Source of the DNA: a virus
Taxonomy: Duplodnaviria > Heunggongvirae > Uroviricota > Caudoviricetes
IMG/VR virus record: IMGVR_UViG_3300028591_000001
Span: 115,547-179,546 of that record
Length of the DNA: 64,000 nucleotides
Strand: one strand, 5' to 3'
Both the position numbers and the translations under genes were made by a program. A model generated the notes under the pieces. It had not been told where the DNA came from. It saw only the letters and a program-made list of their open reading frames with translations, and searched no databases. Positions 61,097-64,000 of the stretch are shown piece by piece. The first letter of the stretch is position 1, and the number at the start of each line of letters is the position of its first letter.

Positions 61097-63859
61097 AATT
61101 GTCAGAATTAATTAAAATTTTAAAAGAAAAACAGAGTAAATTTGGAGATTGTGATGTATCTGGATTTTACGGAGAAGAAATTAAAGACATTTGTTCTGTT
61201 GGATATGATAGTCTTTTAACTGGAAAAAATTCTACTAGAATTGAAATCATTTTAGAGCATAATTATACTGGAAAATGAATAAAGAACAACTTAAAAAAGG
61301 AGACATTATTGAATGTTGTGGAATAACAGCTTATGTAGTAGATCCAAATTTTAATGATAATTATATAAAAGTAAATCTTGGAAATACTTGTAAAGCTAGA
61401 GTATTAATTAATAAGGATTGGTTATCAATTTGGAATTTTACTAATCCTATTAAAGATAACCGTATTGTATCTAATAAAACATTTGCTATTCGATTTAGAA
61501 ATTTTATTAAAGATACTCGAGTATGTGACCCTGCTTCTGATGAAGAAAAAGAATATCTTTTAAATGTAGCTAATGAGTTGCTTAAATATCAAATTCAGAC
61601 TGCTACAGAGGAAAAAGAAATTAATTATTTAAAAAAACTTAATTTATATGGATGAATCTAATAAAATTTTTGAGGAATTAAAGAGGATTGATAAAAGAAT
61701 TGATAAATTATCAGATCCTAATAATCTTGGAACAGTTCTTTGGGGAGAGGTTGGTTACTATATAAAAGAAGCAATTACTGCTATTAAAAAAGATAAACGA
61801 ATTTATGGTTGGTAATTATGACAAAAAATGATTATATAAATATTTTTAATAATATGATTCGAGGAACTCCTGTTTCTTGGCAAAATGAAATAATTCCAAT
61901 GATTTGTGAATATTTAACAGAAATTAAGTTGGAAAATTATGATAAATTAATAAATTTAATTGTACAAAATCCTCAAATGTGCAATCAATATTTGTTAGAT
62001 TGTGTATCATATTATTGTAGAAAACACTGTATATTAAGTATTATATTTAATAATAAAACAATTTTGTATTATGAATGATGAAAAAGTGATTGGAAATCCA
62101 ATCGAAACTAAGAGAGAAGGTAATAAAATTACTAAGATTTGTAAAGAAGATTATTACAAGATGATTAATCGAATTGGTGAAGCCGAAAATCGTAGTGCTG
62201 AAAAGTGGAACGAAATTTGGGATTCTATGGGAGATGATAATACTTGTGTTATTATTGGAACTGGTACTTCTCAACCCTGTATGACTGATGCTTTTGATGA
62301 AGAAATTGGCAATAATATTGCCTTTATGAAAGCTAAGTTAAATGCTAATATGAAAAAAAGAAATATTCTTCGTAAACTTTGGAACGCTGTTTTTATTACT
62401 GTTGATGCTATTGAAGATGAATGGCAAAAAATTGATAATATGATAGCATTTGATCTTAATGGATTACGTAAATACAATACTGAATATCTTAATCATTTAG
62501 ACGAATTTGGTTATGAAATACAAGAAGAAATTACAGAACTTGGAAGCGAGGATTAAAGCTTGGGAAGCTCGTGGAGGGCAAAACAAAGAAAGTGGGCATT
62601 TACATAAGAGACCCGGAAGTAAAAATAAATGACTAGGAACCAATTATTTACTAGTTTAAATAAGTTATGTAACGAAATGGACTTCCAATATGATACTGGT
62701 AGTGGGGGATGTTGTTTTGTTACAGCTTGTTTAGCGGAAAATCTAGAAAGAAATAATATTCCATTTTCAGTAATAGTATTACATTTTCCTGGTCATTATT
62801 TTATTAAAGTATCTGATAGATATATAAACAGATGTGATTATACTATTAGAGAAGAGAATAAAGAAATTTTTAACTATACTTCTAAATATTTATTTGATAT
62901 ATATTATAGTGAGGATTGGAATAGCTGCTATAGTAAAAGATGGAATTTAATTGTTTCTACTAGAATTAGAGCTTTATTTAGGAAATATGAAAATAGTAGA
63001 ACCTGATTTTATCATGGAACCTTCTGGTCCTGATAGTGAATTTTACGACTTAACTTTTATGAAAAGAGTTAAGAAACGAGATACAGGAAAATTTGAGATA
63101 GAACCAGGAAATACTTTATATGCATTAACTCTTTCTCATTGTCTTAATAAAATAGCTCATAAGAGAACTGCTAAAAAATGGGAAGAGGATAATGTTACTT
63201 TAAAGGAATTTATGAAAGAGTTTCAAATCAACTATAGAGAAATAGTAAAATTATGTAGAGAAACTCTTCCTGAAAAATTTGATACTGGAGAATGAATAAA
63301 TGGACGTTATTAGGAACATTAGTAGCAATTATTTTATTTATAGTTTTCTATATAAAAATAGCAGATTTTACTCCAATAGATAAAGATGATTTGCTACTAA
63401 AGAAAATTAATAAACTTGAATTAAAGATAGATTCTATAAATAATACTAAAGATAGTATTAGAACTATTATTGATTCAACTCACGTTAAAATCATTTTAAA
63501 TGAAAAACATTATCAAGAAAGGATTAATACTATTATTACTCAACCTTTGTCTGTCGATTCCCAGTTCATCTCAAACTACATCGGCAGATACATTGAAAGC
63601 CATAAGTCTTATTTTCAATGAACATGAGAAATTGAGTAATGAAAATCCTTTATTAAAAAAACAAATTTTATCATTAGAGAAGTTAAATCAACTTTATGTA
63701 AAATCTGATTCTATTCAGAAAATAGAATTAAATATTTATAAAGATAAAGTTACTTCTGATGATATTAAAATTCAACAACTTAAATCTTCTCAGAAGAAAT
63801 TAATAATAGGGTCTTCTGTAGGAGGTATTTTATTATTTATTTTAGGTTTAATTTTATGA
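61093..63859 (+). other. Run of about 10 small standard-code genes (61093-61278, 61275-61655, 61650-61815, 61818-62078, 62071-62556, 62629-63006, 62987-63295, 63292-63621, 63603-63859) of unknown function. A partial gene starts at 63857.
   Basis: ORF track. Overlapping stops and starts. Confidence 0.45.
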
Positions 63860-64000
63860 CATATAATATTTATTACGGAACTATTGGTAAGACATTAGGT
63901 GTTAGGTATCGTTTTACAAGAAATTGTAATCGTGGAGAACAAGAAGCAATTAAAATTGCTAAAAATGCTGTTACTTCATTTTATTATAAAAATGAAGGAA

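Overview
AT-rich (~30% GC), densely packed, mosaic window that reads as a bacteriophage genome segment, probably from a Bacteroidetes-infecting phage given the AACAATATG start contexts and weak Shine-Dalgarno use.

Amber-codon recoding. In-frame TAG codons interrupt almost every late, lysis and homing-endonuclease gene (1-13845, 22714-24264, 35220-35870, 37206-37853, 47416-50204, 57920-58355). TAA and TGA terminate normally, and early genes use the standard code. A dedicated suppressor tRNA with anticodon CUA sits at 14392-14463 on the minus strand. Its acceptor stem and one TAG-recoded peptidoglycan-binding domain both point to TAG being read as Gln.

tRNA content. The window carries more than 35 tRNA or tRNA-like genes in several arrays. 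Many are canonical. Many others are not: they lack a D-arm or an anticodon arm, carry long inserts, or appear circularly permuted. One is a tRNA-Leu(UAA) with a ~510-nt insertion at U33/U34 of the anticodon loop that looks like a group I intron. The arrays are interleaved with GIY-YIG and HNH homing endonucleases and with a conserved bulged-helix module (GWTACTT-ACAAT paired with AAGTATC followed by a U-tract) that flanks tRNA-sized units.

Other content. A candidate Ro60-like protein (vWA domain confirmed by eye, TROVE domain only inferred) lies at 27584-29419, next to tRNA-like RNAs that lack anticodon arms; this may be a Ro/Y-RNA-like system. A NfeD plus flotillin (SPFH) operon lies at 30497-32996. 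An array of 21-bp-spaced iterons at 15658-15768 beside an HTH gene is a candidate replication origin. Several long GC-richer non-coding stretches (19070-20380, 26790-27583, 52119-52508) are candidate structured RNAs. A lysis cassette (membrane protein plus Amidase_3 endolysin) and an early operon of about 35 small genes (37923-46284) complete the picture. Coordinates for tRNA-like elements and for TAG-extended CDS boundaries are hand-derived and approximate.
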